From: an uncultured Pelagibacteraceae bacterium
GTDB lineage: Bacteria; Pseudomonadota; Alphaproteobacteria; Pelagibacterales; Pelagibacteraceae
Direction: 5' to 3'
Length of the DNA stretch: 64,000 nucleotides
NCBI GenBank assembly: GCA_902561765.1
Contig: CACEQR010000003.1
Location: 44,833-108,832, forward strand
Part shown: positions 19,514-29,654 of the stretch, one piece after another
How positions within the stretch are numbered: the stretch's first letter is position 1
Layout of the letters: each line of letters opens with the position of its first letter
The notes under the pieces: model-generated
The model's input: the letters and a program-made list of their open reading frames with translations, nothing else
Database searches by the model: none
What the model was told of the DNA's origin: nothing
Position numbers and translations under genes: made by a program

Positions 19514-20970
19514 TGTTGAATATTGGTCCAAAATTATTCAAAAAAAATCATAAAAAGAATAAAAATCAAGTTCTTTACCATTCGATAAAATCAGATGGAG
19601 TAAAAGAAATAGAAAATTTAATTAATAACTTTTTAAATGTAAAAAATAGTTTTATTTTTGAGTCTGTTGAAAAGGGATTTATAAAGGGTAGATATACTAT
19701 TTTTGGCAGAAATCCTGATAAAATTTGGGAATTTAATAATAATAAATGTGTTTTAAATTATGAAAATAAAAAAAAAATATTAAAAGGAACACCAAAAAAA
19801 AATATCGAAAAAATAATTGAAAATTTCAAATTTAAAATACCAAGCGAATTACCGCCTATTAGTTCTATAATTTCAGGCTATTTTTCTTATGATATTATAA
19901 GATATATTGAAAAAATTCCAAACAGTACGAGAAATGATCTTAATATACCTGATGCAAGAATTTTAAGACCAAGAAATCTTATAGTTTTTGATAATGCTAA
20001 AAAAAAATTATTTTTTATAGTTAATTGTTTTTCTGATGAAAAAATAAATAATTATGATGATAAATATGAACAAATACAAAATGAAATTGAAAATTTAATT
20101 TTTTTAGCAAATTTTAATTTTAAAATAAAGTCTAACAAAAATAAGATTCATAAGCCTAATATTAAATCCAATATCACAAAAAAAAAATTTCTCAGTAATG
20201 TTGATAAAGCTAAAAATTATATCAAATTAGGAGATATTTTTCAGGTAGTTTTAAGTCAAAGGTTCGAAACGGATCTTGTCAAAGATCCATTGGATATTTA
20301 TAAAAAATTGAGAGTAACAAATCCTTCCCCTTTCATGTATTTTTTTAACTTTGAAGATTTTCAAATAATAGGTGCTAGTCCTGAAATACTTGTAAGACTT
20401 AGAGATAACAAAATAACAATCAGACCTATTGCTGGTACAAGACCTAGGGGCAAAAATAAAAAAGAGGATAAATTTTATGAAAAGGATCTTTTAAATGATA
20501 AAAAAGAACTTTCTGAACACTTGATGCTTCTTGATCTTGGTAGAAATGATACAGGAAAAGTTTCAAAAATTAATACAGTTAAAGTAACTGAAAGTTTTAA
20601 AATTGAAAGATATTCTCATGTAATGCATATAGTATCTAATGTTAAAGGTGAATTTAATAAAAAATTTGGGAAATTTGATACTTTATTGGCTGGATTTCCC
20701 GCTGGTACTGTATCTGGTGCACCAAAAATAAGAGCAATGGAGATTATTGATGAATTGGAAACAACAAGAAGGAAGGTTTATGCAGGGGGTATTGGCTATT
20801 TTTCATCAAATGGTGATTTTGATACTTGTATTGCCCTTAGGACAGCAATTTCAACAAATAAAAAATTTTATGTGCAGTCAGGAGCAGGAATAGTAGCTGA
20901 CAGTAAACCAATTAATGAATTTAATGAAACTGTAAACAAAGCAAAAGCTTTAATTAAAGCTTTGGAATAA
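19513..20970 (+). CDS. trpE: Anthranilate synthase component I
   Basis: FESVE, GDIFQVVLSQR, NPSPFM, RPIAGTRPRG, EHLMLLDLGRND, GAPKIRAME. Confidence 0.96.
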   Translation: MLNIGPKLFKKNHKKNKNQVLYHSIKSDGVKEIENLINNFLNVKNSFIFESVEKGFIKGRYTIFGRNPDKIWEFNNNKCVLNYENKKKILKGTPKKNIEKIIENFKFKIPSELPPISSIISGYFSYDIIRYIEKIPNSTRNDLNIPDARILRPRNLIVFDNAKKKLFFIVNCFSDEKINNYDDKYEQIQNEIENLIFLANFNFKIKSNKNKIHKPNIKSNITKKKFLSNVDKAKNYIKLGDIFQVVLSQRFETDLVKDPLDIYKKLRVTNPSPFMYFFNFEDFQIIGASPEILVRLRDNKITIRPIAGTRPRGKNKKEDKFYEKDLLNDKKELSEHLMLLDLGRNDTGKVSKINTVKVTESFKIERYSHVMHIVSNVKGEFNKKFGKFDTLLAGFPAGTVSGAPKIRAMEIIDELETTRRKVYAGGIGYFSSNGDFDTCIALRTAISTNKKFYVQSGAGIVADSKPINEFNETVNKAKALIKALE

Positions 20971-20975
20971 TATAA

Positions 20976-21539
20976 ATGAAAATAATTTTAATTGATAATT
21001 ACGACAGCTTTACATTTAATTTGTATCACTATTTATCATCATTCGCAAAGGTAGATGTCTTAAGAAATGATAAAGTTGATCATCATCAGATTATAAAAAA
21101 TAAATATAATAAAATTGTAATATCTCCAGGTCCTGGAAATCCAAACCAATCAGGTAATTGTATAAAAATTGTAAAAAATTTATACAAAACAATTCCAATT
21201 CTTGGTGTTTGTTTAGGTCATCAAATTATTGGTCAAATATTTGGTTCAAAAATTGTGCAAGCAAAAGAACTAATTCATGGAAAAACTAGCAACATAATTA
21301 ATATGAAAGTTGGTATTTTAAATAATTTACCAAAAGTATTCTCAGCTACAAGATATCATAGTTTAATAATTGACAGAAAATCCTTATCAAAAGATTTAAA
21401 AATTACAGCAAGTACTTCAGATGGTACAATTATGGGAATTATGCATAAAACATATCAAATTCATGGAGTGCAATTTCACCCTGAAAGCATCAAAACAAAA
21501 TACGGTTTAAAAATTTTAGAGAATTTTGTTAAAGAGTAA
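20976..21539 (+). CDS. trpG: Anthranilate synthase component II (glutamine amidotransferase)
   Basis: DNYDSFT, SPGPG, GVCLGHQ, RYHSL, QFHPES. Confidence 0.95.
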   Translation: MKIILIDNYDSFTFNLYHYLSSFAKVDVLRNDKVDHHQIIKNKYNKIVISPGPGNPNQSGNCIKIVKNLYKTIPILGVCLGHQIIGQIFGSKIVQAKELIHGKTSNIINMKVGILNNLPKVFSATRYHSLIIDRKSLSKDLKITASTSDGTIMGIMHKTYQIHGVQFHPESIKTKYGLKILENFVKE

Positions 21540-21541
21540 AT

Positions 21542-22534
21542 ATGGAACAATTTTTAGATAAATTAAGAAATAAAATAAATTTAAATTTTAATGAAAGCAA
21601 AGAAGCATTTAAAATTTTAATGAATGGTGAAGCTAATGATCAACAAATTTATGATTTTTTAACTTTATTATCAGAAAAAGGTGAAGTTTCTGATGAGATA
21701 GCAGGTGGAGTTTTTATATTAAGAGATAAGTCAAAAAGGGTGAAGGTTGAGGATTGTATTGACACTTGTGGCACAGGTGGAGATGGGAAAGATACATTAA
21801 ATATTTCAACAGCATCAGCTCTTTTACTGGCAAGTATGGGTGTCAGAGTTGCAAAACACGGAAATAAAGCGGTTTCATCAAAATGTGGGTCTGCTGATGT
21901 ACTTGAAGCATTAAACATTAATATAAATTTAGAACCACATCAAATTGAGAATCAAATAAGAAAAAATAATTTTGGCTTTATGTTTGCTCCAAATTATCAC
22001 TCTGCAATGAAATATGTTGGTCCAACAAGAAAAAAAATTGGTAAAAGAACAATTTTTAATATGATTGGTCCATTAAGTAGTCCAGCACTTGTTGATAGAC
22101 AAGTAATTGGTGTCTTTGATAAAAAACTTCTAAAAATCTTTGCAAATGCACTTAAAAATTTAAATTTAAAATTTGCATGGATTGTAAATAGTGAGGATGG
22201 TCTGGATGAAATATCACCATATGCTAAAACCCATGTTGTTCAATTAAAGAATAATGAAATTTCTGAATTTAATATCGATCCAAATGAATTAAACGTTAAT
22301 GCAGATAAATTTGAAAATTTAATAGGAAATGATGCTAAATTTAACTCAGATAAAATTTTAAATATTTTTCAAGGAGAAGACAATGATTTTTCAAAAGCTG
22401 TATGTCTTAACGCTGCAGCTGGACTAATGATTTCCGAAAAATATAATGATTTTAAAGTTGCGTATAATTTTTCTACAGATTTTATAAAATCGGGATCGGC
22501 ATTCGAATTTATAAGGAATTTACAAAATGTCTGA
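21542..22534 (+). CDS. trpD: Anthranilate phosphoribosyltransferase
   Basis: DTCGTGGDG, NIST, KHGN..VSSKCGSADVLE, DGLDEIS. Confidence 0.96.
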   Translation: MEQFLDKLRNKINLNFNESKEAFKILMNGEANDQQIYDFLTLLSEKGEVSDEIAGGVFILRDKSKRVKVEDCIDTCGTGGDGKDTLNISTASALLLASMGVRVAKHGNKAVSSKCGSADVLEALNININLEPHQIENQIRKNNFGFMFAPNYHSAMKYVGPTRKKIGKRTIFNMIGPLSSPALVDRQVIGVFDKKLLKIFANALKNLNLKFAWIVNSEDGLDEISPYAKTHVVQLKNNEISEFNIDPNELNVNADKFENLIGNDAKFNSDKILNIFQGEDNDFSKAVCLNAAAGLMISEKYNDFKVAYNFSTDFIKSGSAFEFIRNLQNV

Positions 22535-23318
22535 AAATGTTCTTCAGAAAATTATTGAACAAAAAAAAATTAAAATTCAAAAATTAAAAAACGAAACTGA
22601 TATTAGTAGTCTTTTAAAGAATATTAGTGAGCAGGACTTTTTCTTTGATTTTAAGAAAAAAATTGAAAAAAACAATTCACAAAATAAAATATCAGTAATT
22701 GCTGAAATAAAAAAAGCTAGTCCATCAGCAGGTATACTAATAAATAATTATGATCCTATAGCAATTGCAAATATATATAACTCTAAAAATGTTACCTGTT
22801 TATCTGTATTAACCGAGGAAGATTTTTTTTTAGGTAAATTATCTCATATTTTAGATATTAAAAAAAAATTTAATATCCCAATTTTATGTAAGGATTTTTT
22901 TATAGATAAATTTCAAGTACCTTTGGCAAAAAGTTACGGTGCAGATGCAATTCTAATTATACTAGCTGGCGTTTCTGAAAAAACAGCTGATGAAATTTAT
23001 GCTGAAGCTTTAAAACATAATATGAGTATAATCGTTGAGGTTCATACAGTTGAAGAAGCCAAAAAATCAAAAAAATATAAAGAAGCTCTTATAGGCATAA
23101 ATAATAGGAACTTAAAAACTTTAAAAACTGAATTAAATACAACTTATGATATATATAATGTAGTTTCTGACCACCCTTCTCCATTAATTTCTGAGAGTGG
23201 TTTAAAAACAAAAGATGAATTAATTGATATAAAAAACAAAACTTCAATAAATACTTTTTTAATTGGTGAATCACTTTTAAAAGATCTAGAGAAAAATAAT
23301 ATTTTTTCTCTTTTATAG
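22527..23318 (+). CDS. trpC: Indole-3-glycerol-phosphate synthase
   Basis: IAEIKKASPSAG, LSVLTE, KDF, GINNRNL, ISESG. Confidence 0.95.
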   Translation: MSENVLQKIIEQKKIKIQKLKNETDISSLLKNISEQDFFFDFKKKIEKNNSQNKISVIAEIKKASPSAGILINNYDPIAIANIYNSKNVTCLSVLTEEDFFLGKLSHILDIKKKFNIPILCKDFFIDKFQVPLAKSYGADAILIILAGVSEKTADEIYAEALKHNMSIIVEVHTVEEAKKSKKYKEALIGINNRNLKTLKTELNTTYDIYNVVSDHPSPLISESGLKTKDELIDIKNKTSINTFLIGESLLKDLEKNNIFSLL

Positions 23319-23365
23319 AAATTTTTCCCAGTATTACTTGCTTTTTTACTGTTGTAATAATTAAA

Positions 23366-23401
23366 GAACTTTTATAGAACATCGATGTACTTAATTTGTT
23401 C
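23366..23401. promoter_or_regulatory. Two alphaproteobacterial LexA (SOS) boxes in opposite orientation
   Basis: GAAC-TTTTATA-GAAC (23366-23380) and GTAC-TTAATTT-GTTC (23387-23401), directly before the lexA ATG. The known alpha motif is GAAC-N7-GAAC / GTTC-N7-GTTC. Confidence 0.85.
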
Positions 23402-23402
23402 T

Positions 23403-24086
23403 ATGCTAACAAAAAAACAAAAAAATTTGCTTTTATTCATCAACAAGAAGTTGAGATCTACAGGTGTTTCACCTTCTTATGAAGAAATGAAAGAGTCTCT
23501 AAACCTCAAATCAAAGTCTGGAATTCACAGACTGATAAGTGCTTTGGAAGAAAGAGGTTTTATAAAAAGATTAGCCCACAAAGCAAGAGCTTTAGAGGTG
23601 ATTAAGCTGCCTGAGACAGCATCTGCAAATGATATTTATAATAGTTTTTCTCCAAGCGTTATTAAAGGAGGATTAGATGAAGAAAATTTAAATAGTTCAA
23701 ATGACTCTGAAATCCCAGTTCTTGGAAAAATAGCTGCAGGAACACCTGTGGAAGCTATACAGAACGAAGTTGCTAGAATTCCACTTCCAGCAAATATTGA
23801 AAAGAATGGAGAATTTTTTGGACTAAAAGTTCAAGGAGACTCGATGATAGAAGCTGGAATCAATGATGGTGATACAGTTATAGTCAAGAAAGCAGATACA
23901 GCAGATAATGGTAAAATCGTGGTAGCTTTAATTGATGATAACGAAGCAATGTTAAAAAGAATTAGAAGAAAAGGTAAGACTGTTGCATTAGAGAGTGCAA
24001 ACAGAAACTACGAAACAAAAATCTTTGGCCCAGATAGAGTAAAAGTTCAAGGAATTCTTGTATCTTTATATAGAAACTTTCAGTAA
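23403..24086 (+). CDS. lexA: SOS repressor LexA
   Basis: MLTKKQ start (ATG 23403), [21 protein letters not shown] cleavage site, GDSM catalytic Ser, MLKR catalytic Lys. Confidence 0.96.
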   Translation: MLTKKQKNLLLFINKKLRSTGVSPSYEEMKESLNLKSKSGIHRLISALEERGFIKRLAHKARALEVIKLPETASANDIYNSFSPSVIKGGLDEENLNSSNDSEIPVLGKIAAGTPVEAIQNEVARIPLPANIEKNGEFFGLKVQGDSMIEAGINDGDTVIVKKADTADNGKIVVALIDDNEAMLKRIRRKGKTVALESANRNYETKIFGPDRVKVQGILVSLYRNFQ

Positions 24087-24105
24087 AATAGTTTAAATAA
24101 ATTTC

Positions 24106-25500
24106 ATGAAAAAAGTAGCAACTAGATTTGCTCCTTCTCCAACAGGTCCTTTGCATATTGGTGGGGTAAGGACAGCACTTTTCAATTGGTTATATTCAAA
24201 AAATAAGTCAGGAGAATTTTATTTACGAATAGAGGATACCGATAAAGAAAGATCTAAGGACGAGCATAAAATACAAATACTTAATTCTCTAAAATGGATG
24301 GGAATAAAATACGATGGTGTTGAGTATATTCAATCAAAAAAAATTGGTGAACACGTAAAAATAGCTAAAGAATTATTGAAAAATGGTCATGCTTATAAGT
24401 GTTATTGTACTACTGAAGAAATTGAAGAACAAAAAAAAAGAGCTAAACAAAAAAAAATACCATACGTTTATGATAGAAAATGGCGTGATGTTAGTGAAGA
24501 TAAGGCTCCAAAAGATATAAAGCCGGTTATAAGATTTAAAAGTAAGATTGAAGGGTCTTCTACTTTAAATGATCTTGTCCAAGGAGATGTCGAAATTGAA
24601 AACAATACAATTGAGGATTTTGTAATTTTGCGTAATGATGAAACACCTACTTATAATTTGTCAGCAACAGTTGATGATCATATTATGAAAATGACACATA
24701 TCATTAGGGGTGATGATCATAAAATTAATACTTTCAAGCAAATTCAAATATATGAAGCACTTGGTTGGGAGGTCCCTCTTTTTGCACATATACCCCTTAT
24801 TCATACAATAGATGGAAAGAAACTCTCAAAAAGAGATAACGCTTCAACTTTAGATGATTACTCAAAAATTGGTATTTTGCCAGATGCTCTTAGAAATTAC
24901 TTATTAAGATTGGGATGGTCATATAAAGACAAAGAAATTTTTGATTTAAATGAAAGTATCAAATATTTTAATCTGGAAGGAATAGGTAAATCACCCTCAA
25001 AACTTGATATGAGCAGAATTCTTTCGATGAATGAATACTATATCAAAAATAGCAATGAAAATACTCTTTATGAAAAATTGAGAGAATACTGTGATAAATA
25101 TAAAGATAAAATTAAAGAAGACAAAGAAAATACAATTAAAAATTCTTTAAATTTTTTAAAAAATAAAGCGAAAACACTTGAAGATATATTCAACAATTCA
25201 AAATATATTTTAAATGACAAAGTTATTTTTAATGAAAACGATAAGACTTTAATAAATGATGATGCAAAAAAAATAATACGATTATTTGAAGAAAATATTT
25301 TAGAACTTAAAGTTTTTAATAGAGAAAATTTAGAACAAATTGTTAATAAACTTATAAAGTCAAATAATACTAATTTTAAAGGTGTAGGACAGCCATTGAG
25401 AATAGCTTTAACTGGTTCTAAATTTGGACCAGGAATTTATGATATAATATTATCCTTAGGAAAGGATGATGTCTTAAGAAGATTAGGAGATATAAGATAA
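24106..25500 (+). CDS. gltX: Glutamate--tRNA ligase
   Basis: RFAPSPTG.LHIGG, RIEDTD, IRGDDH, KLSKR. Confidence 0.97.
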   Translation: MKKVATRFAPSPTGPLHIGGVRTALFNWLYSKNKSGEFYLRIEDTDKERSKDEHKIQILNSLKWMGIKYDGVEYIQSKKIGEHVKIAKELLKNGHAYKCYCTTEEIEEQKKRAKQKKIPYVYDRKWRDVSEDKAPKDIKPVIRFKSKIEGSSTLNDLVQGDVEIENNTIEDFVILRNDETPTYNLSATVDDHIMKMTHIIRGDDHKINTFKQIQIYEALGWEVPLFAHIPLIHTIDGKKLSKRDNASTLDDYSKIGILPDALRNYLLRLGWSYKDKEIFDLNESIKYFNLEGIGKSPSKLDMSRILSMNEYYIKNSNENTLYEKLREYCDKYKDKIKEDKENTIKNSLNFLKNKAKTLEDIFNNSKYILNDKVIFNENDKTLINDDAKKIIRLFEENILELKVFNRENLEQIVNKLIKSNNTNFKGVGQPLRIALTGSKFGPGIYDIILSLGKDDVLRRLGDIR

Positions 25501-26613
25501 TACAATTTTTGATGCTTCTTCTGAGGAAGAAGTTAATGAAGACATATTTTTGAGAGTATTGTTTATTTCATCTTTCTGTTTAGCAATTAAATAAGGTTTT
25601 TTTAAAAAATAAATAACACTTTTAAATATTTCATCAGCATTACATTCTGATTGAATCAATTCAGGAATAACCTCTTTATTATTTATTATATTAATCATAT
25701 TAACAAATTTTATATTTAATAAAAATTTTGCAATATAAAAATTTATAAAATTCATTTTATATATAACAATAGATGGTATGTTCATTTTACAAACTTCTAG
25801 GGAAACTGTTCCAGATTTTACAACAGCAAAAGTTGACTTCTTTAGTATTTCTTTTTTTATTTTATCATCGAAAATAATTTCTATATTTTCAATTTTTTCT
25901 TTTTTAGTAAAGTTAGAAATAAATTCCTTATTATGAACTGTTGAATGAAATACAAAACTATAACTATAATCTTTATGATTCATTTTTTTGATAAAATTTA
26001 TAAGTATTGGCATATGATGTTTAATTTCTGACACTCTACTTCCTGGAAAAATAGATATAATTTTCTTTTTATTTAGAAATTGATCTAATTTAACATTTTC
26101 CTTAGAATTATTATCCAATAGAGGATGGCCAACAAAAGTATTTTTAAGTCCTTCTTTATCAAAATATTTTTTTTCGAATTGAAACAGTAATAATATGTGA
26201 TCTATGAATCTTTTCATTTCTTTTACTCTCCCTTCTCTCCACGCCCAAACTTTAGGCGCTATGAAATGAATTGTTTTTATTTTTGAATTTTTAATTTTTA
26301 TTTGTTTAGATACTCTTAATGTAAAATCAGGACTATCAACACTAAACAGAATATCAGGATTAAATTTTAAAATTTCTTTTACGGTTTCATTAATCTTACG
26401 TTTTATTTTTAAAAAATTTAGTATTACATCCGTAAAAGCAATATAAGTAATCTCCTTTTGATCAAAAATAGACTTAATACCAAGTTTTTCTAAGTATGAA
26501 CCCCCAACACATAAAAAATCTAAATCAGATCTTTTTTTTTTTATCTTTGAAATTACTTCAGATGCTAATTTATCTCCTGAAGGTTCTCCAGTTAGAATAA
26601 AAATTTTTTTCAT
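25483..26613 (-). CDS. lpxB: Lipid-A-disaccharide synthase
   Basis: GEPSGD, DSPDF, APKVWAWREGR, FVGHPL, PGSR, SGTVSLE. Confidence 0.95.
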   Translation of the reverse strand: MKKIFILTGEPSGDKLASEVISKIKKKRSDLDFLCVGGSYLEKLGIKSIFDQKEITYIAFTDVILNFLKIKRKINETVKEILKFNPDILFSVDSPDFTLRVSKQIKIKNSKIKTIHFIAPKVWAWREGRVKEMKRFIDHILLLFQFEKKYFDKEGLKNTFVGHPLLDNNSKENVKLDQFLNKKKIISIFPGSRVSEIKHHMPILINFIKKMNHKDYSYSFVFHSTVHNKEFISNFTKKEKIENIEIIFDDKIKKEILKKSTFAVVKSGTVSLEVCKMNIPSIVIYKMNFINFYIAKFLLNIKFVNMINIINNKEVIPELIQSECNADEIFKSVIYFLKKPYLIAKQKDEINNTLKNMSSLTSSSEEASKIVLSYIS

Positions 26614-27401
26614 ATTGCAATTAGAAATAATTTATTACGATTGGCGTACTTAATTGATTCTTTTTTATTTAAAATAATATTCTGGTTAGATTTAACCACA
26701 ATACCCTTAATACCTACGTTATTACAATCTTTAAATGTATCGAGACCTATTGTGGGAATGTCTACTCTTAGATCCTGTTTTAATTTAGGAAGTTTTATTA
26801 ATATTCCACGTTTATCCTTGGATTTAGCAATAGATTTAATCATTTCTTTAGTGCCCTTTCTTTTTTCTAAAGAAATTACTTTATTATTTCTTATGATTGC
26901 TGCCTGTGTGTGGTTATATGAGTTTATTTTTTTTAATATTTTTATTCCTTGAAAAATCTCTTTTTTATCTGAATTTGAGGGTTTAATTTTTGTATAAATT
27001 CCTTTTTTTAAAGTTAGTTCTGGGTTAAATGTATTTAACTTTATAACTTTAATATCATTTTCTGATAAAATTTTAATTAAAACTTTTAATATAGCTGCAT
27101 CACCTAATTTTGCTGCTTTGATTACTCTAGGTATATACATTAAGCCTTTTAAGTCTAATTTTAATTTAGAAATTTTTGGTTTTATTATGTTTCCTGCAAA
27201 AATAACTTTTTTACATTTTTTAAATTTAATAAGTTTTAAAATTTCACCAAATTTTCCAATATTAATAAAAAAACTATTTTTATTTTTTTTAAACTTATTA
27301 TTTTTAGTAAGATCTATAATAAAATAATTTAATTTTTTTCTCTCGATTTTTTTTAAGATTTCAATTGGTAATTCTTTTTCACCTAAAAATAATCCTATCA
27401 T
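26610..27401 (-). CDS. lpxI: UDP-2,3-diacylglucosamine pyrophosphatase LpxI
   Basis: Lies between lpxA and lpxB; QDLRVDIPTIG motif. Confidence 0.85.
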   Translation of the reverse strand: MIGLFLGEKELPIEILKKIERKKLNYFIIDLTKNNKFKKNKNSFFINIGKFGEILKLIKFKKCKKVIFAGNIIKPKISKLKLDLKGLMYIPRVIKAAKLGDAAILKVLIKILSENDIKVIKLNTFNPELTLKKGIYTKIKPSNSDKKEIFQGIKILKKINSYNHTQAAIIRNNKVISLEKRKGTKEMIKSIAKSKDKRGILIKLPKLKQDLRVDIPTIGLDTFKDCNNVGIKGIVVKSNQNIILNKKESIKYANRNKLFLIAI

Positions 27402-28183
27402 TTTATATTTGGTGGAAGAGAGATTGGTCTTTTTTTATCTGAATTTATAAAATTAATAATTTTTTTTATAAATTCATTATTTTTAAGATTAAGATCTAGA
27501 CTATCAATATTTTCTCTAAAATTTTTAGATTTAAATACTATTTCATACATTGTTTGTATTTTTTTTATATTTTCATTCGAAACTTTTGATCTTCTCAATC
27601 CAATCAGATTCAAACCCATTAAATTATTTCTATTACCCATTGAAAGACCAAAAGGAATTACATCGCTTAAAACTCCAGTCATGCCCCCTATCATTGCAGA
27701 TTCTCCAATTCTAGAAAATTGATGTATTGCACAACTTCCACCTACAACTGCATTTTTTTCTATAATTACATGTCCACCTACTTGAACATTATTAGCTAAT
27801 ACAATATTATTTGATATATTACAGTCGTGAGCTACATGACAATAAACCATAAATAAATTGTTGTCTCCAATTCTTGTTAAGCCTCCACCTTTTTCAGTTC
27901 CTGGATTTATATTTACATACTCTCTAAATCTATTGTTATCACCTATAATCAATTTATTTTTTTCTCCCTTATATTTTAAATCTTGTGGTGGTGTACCTAT
28001 TGATGAAAAAGGAAATATTTGATTGTTCTTTCCTATCTTTGTGTTTCCCTCTAAATTTACATGTGAATGTATTATTGTATTTTCTTCGATTTCAACATCT
28101 GGTCCAATAATAGAATACGGTCCTATATTGACGTTGCTAGAAATTTTTGCTCGTCTGTCGATAATAGCTGTGTTGTGGATCAC
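27398..28183 (-). CDS. lpxA: UDP-N-acetylglucosamine acyltransferase
   Basis: Hexapeptide repeats, PQDLKY.GE, HVAHDC, IHQF; GTG start. Confidence 0.96.
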   Translation of the reverse strand: MIHNTAIIDRRAKISSNVNIGPYSIIGPDVEIEENTIIHSHVNLEGNTKIGKNNQIFPFSSIGTPPQDLKYKGEKNKLIIGDNNRFREYVNINPGTEKGGGLTRIGDNNLFMVYCHVAHDCNISNNIVLANNVQVGGHVIIEKNAVVGGSCAIHQFSRIGESAMIGGMTGVLSDVIPFGLSMGNRNNLMGLNLIGLRRSKVSNENIKKIQTMYEIVFKSKNFRENIDSLDLNLKNNEFIKKIINFINSDKKRPISLPPNIK

Positions 28184-28238
28184 AATAAATTAATAGCAAA
28201 TTTAAAATAAATTTCTTATCAAGAAATACTACTAATTA

Positions 28239-28685
28239 TTACTTTCTATCTACAATGGTAGCAGACCATTGGGCATCTGCCATTTTCTTGTCGCCTACAA
28301 AAGCAGTACCTTTATACTTCCAAACTCTTCCATGTGATCTTATTGCTTCAATCTTTAGTTCTAAAATACAATCTGGTATCACTGGATTTCTAAATCTTGC
28401 TTTTTCAATTGTCATTAAAAATACTAACTTATTATCATATGTGGCTTTATCCAATCCATTTGCTGTTAGTGCAGCAGCAGCCTGACCAAAAGCTTCTACT
28501 ATTAAAACGCCTGGCATTACAGGTTCACCTGGAAAATGTCCTTGAACAAAAAAACTATCTTTTTTAACATTTACAACTGCAGTTGCTGAAAAAAGTTTTT
28601 TTATATTTTTTAATTCATCTATCAAGAGCATTGGCTCTCTATGAGGTAATAACTCTTTAATTTGTTCTTTGTTTAAATTTGTCAT
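28239..28685 (-). CDS. fabZ: 3-hydroxyacyl-ACP dehydratase
   Basis: LPHREPMLLID, FVQGHFPGEPVMPGVLIVEA. Confidence 0.95.
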   Translation of the reverse strand: MTNLNKEQIKELLPHREPMLLIDELKNIKKLFSATAVVNVKKDSFFVQGHFPGEPVMPGVLIVEAFGQAAAALTANGLDKATYDNKLVFLMTIEKARFRNPVIPDCILELKIEAIRSHGRVWKYKGTAFVGDKKMADAQWSATIVDRK

Positions 28686-29653
28686 TTATTTTCCTTTAAA
28701 AAATTCCTTATATCTTTGGCAGGATATCCCATCACTTTCGTATTTGAAGGAATATTTTTAATTACTCCACTCCCACCACCAATTTTAACATTATCACCTA
28801 CACTTAAATGGCCAGAAATTCCAGCTTGTCCACCAATTAACACTCTATTACCAATTGATGAACTGCCAGCAAATCCTACTTGACCTGTTATTATACAGTT
28901 TTTTCCAATTTTTACATTATGAGCTATATGAACCTGATTATCCAAAAAAGTACCATCACCAATTACAGTGTTTGAGAGCGAACCTCTATCAATAGTATTG
29001 TTGCAGCCAATTTCAACATCATTGCCTATTATGACTGCACCTATGTGAGGATATCTAATATTTTTATTTTTACCTGGAAAAAAACCAAAACCTTTTTTTC
29101 CAATAATAGCACCATCTAAAATGTTTGTATTGTTACCTACTATAGAGTTTTTTAATATTACATTGCTACCAATATTACAATTATTCCCAATTTTAACATT
29201 TGACTCTATAATTGAGTTATTACCAATTGAGCAATTGATACCTATTTTTACATTTTTACCAACAAGAACATTTTTACCAACTTTAAGTTTAGAAAATTTT
29301 TTCTTATCTATTGATGTAACAAAATCATCAAAATTATCATCAAGAGAACCTGGATAAAACAAATTAGTAATTAAAGAAATTGATAAAAGTACATCATTCA
29401 CCTCAATTACATTAAATTTTTCAGGGATTTTAATTTTTAATTTTTTATTTGTAATAATAAATTTTGACTTAGTTTTTTTTAAGGCATCTAAATACTTTAT
29501 AGAGTTAAAGAAAGTAATATCATTATTCCCTGCTGAATCTAACTCTTTAATATCATCTATTTTAATATTTTTTTTTAATTGTTTTAAATTTAAAACTTTA
29601 AGAATGTCATTAATTTTTAAATTATTTTTTTTTTTGAAGAACAAGTTTTTCAT
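28682..29653 (-). CDS. lpxD: UDP-3-O-acylglucosamine N-acyltransferase
   Basis: Hexapeptide repeats, GFGF, IDRG, LDNQVHIAHNV, GYPA. Confidence 0.95.
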   Translation of the reverse strand: MKNLFFKKKNNLKINDILKVLNLKQLKKNIKIDDIKELDSAGNNDITFFNSIKYLDALKKTKSKFIITNKKLKIKIPEKFNVIEVNDVLLSISLITNLFYPGSLDDNFDDFVTSIDKKKFSKLKVGKNVLVGKNVKIGINCSIGNNSIIESNVKIGNNCNIGSNVILKNSIVGNNTNILDGAIIGKKGFGFFPGKNKNIRYPHIGAVIIGNDVEIGCNNTIDRGSLSNTVIGDGTFLDNQVHIAHNVKIGKNCIITGQVGFAGSSSIGNRVLIGGQAGISGHLSVGDNVKIGGGSGVIKNIPSNTKVMGYPAKDIRNFLKENK

Positions 29654-29654
29654 T

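Noticed and set aside
23385-23402. Longer N-termini proposed by the ORF track for lexA (also pncC, nuoD, nuoA)
   Set aside because: Downstream ATGs give the family-typical N-termini and fit the stop/start overlaps or SD
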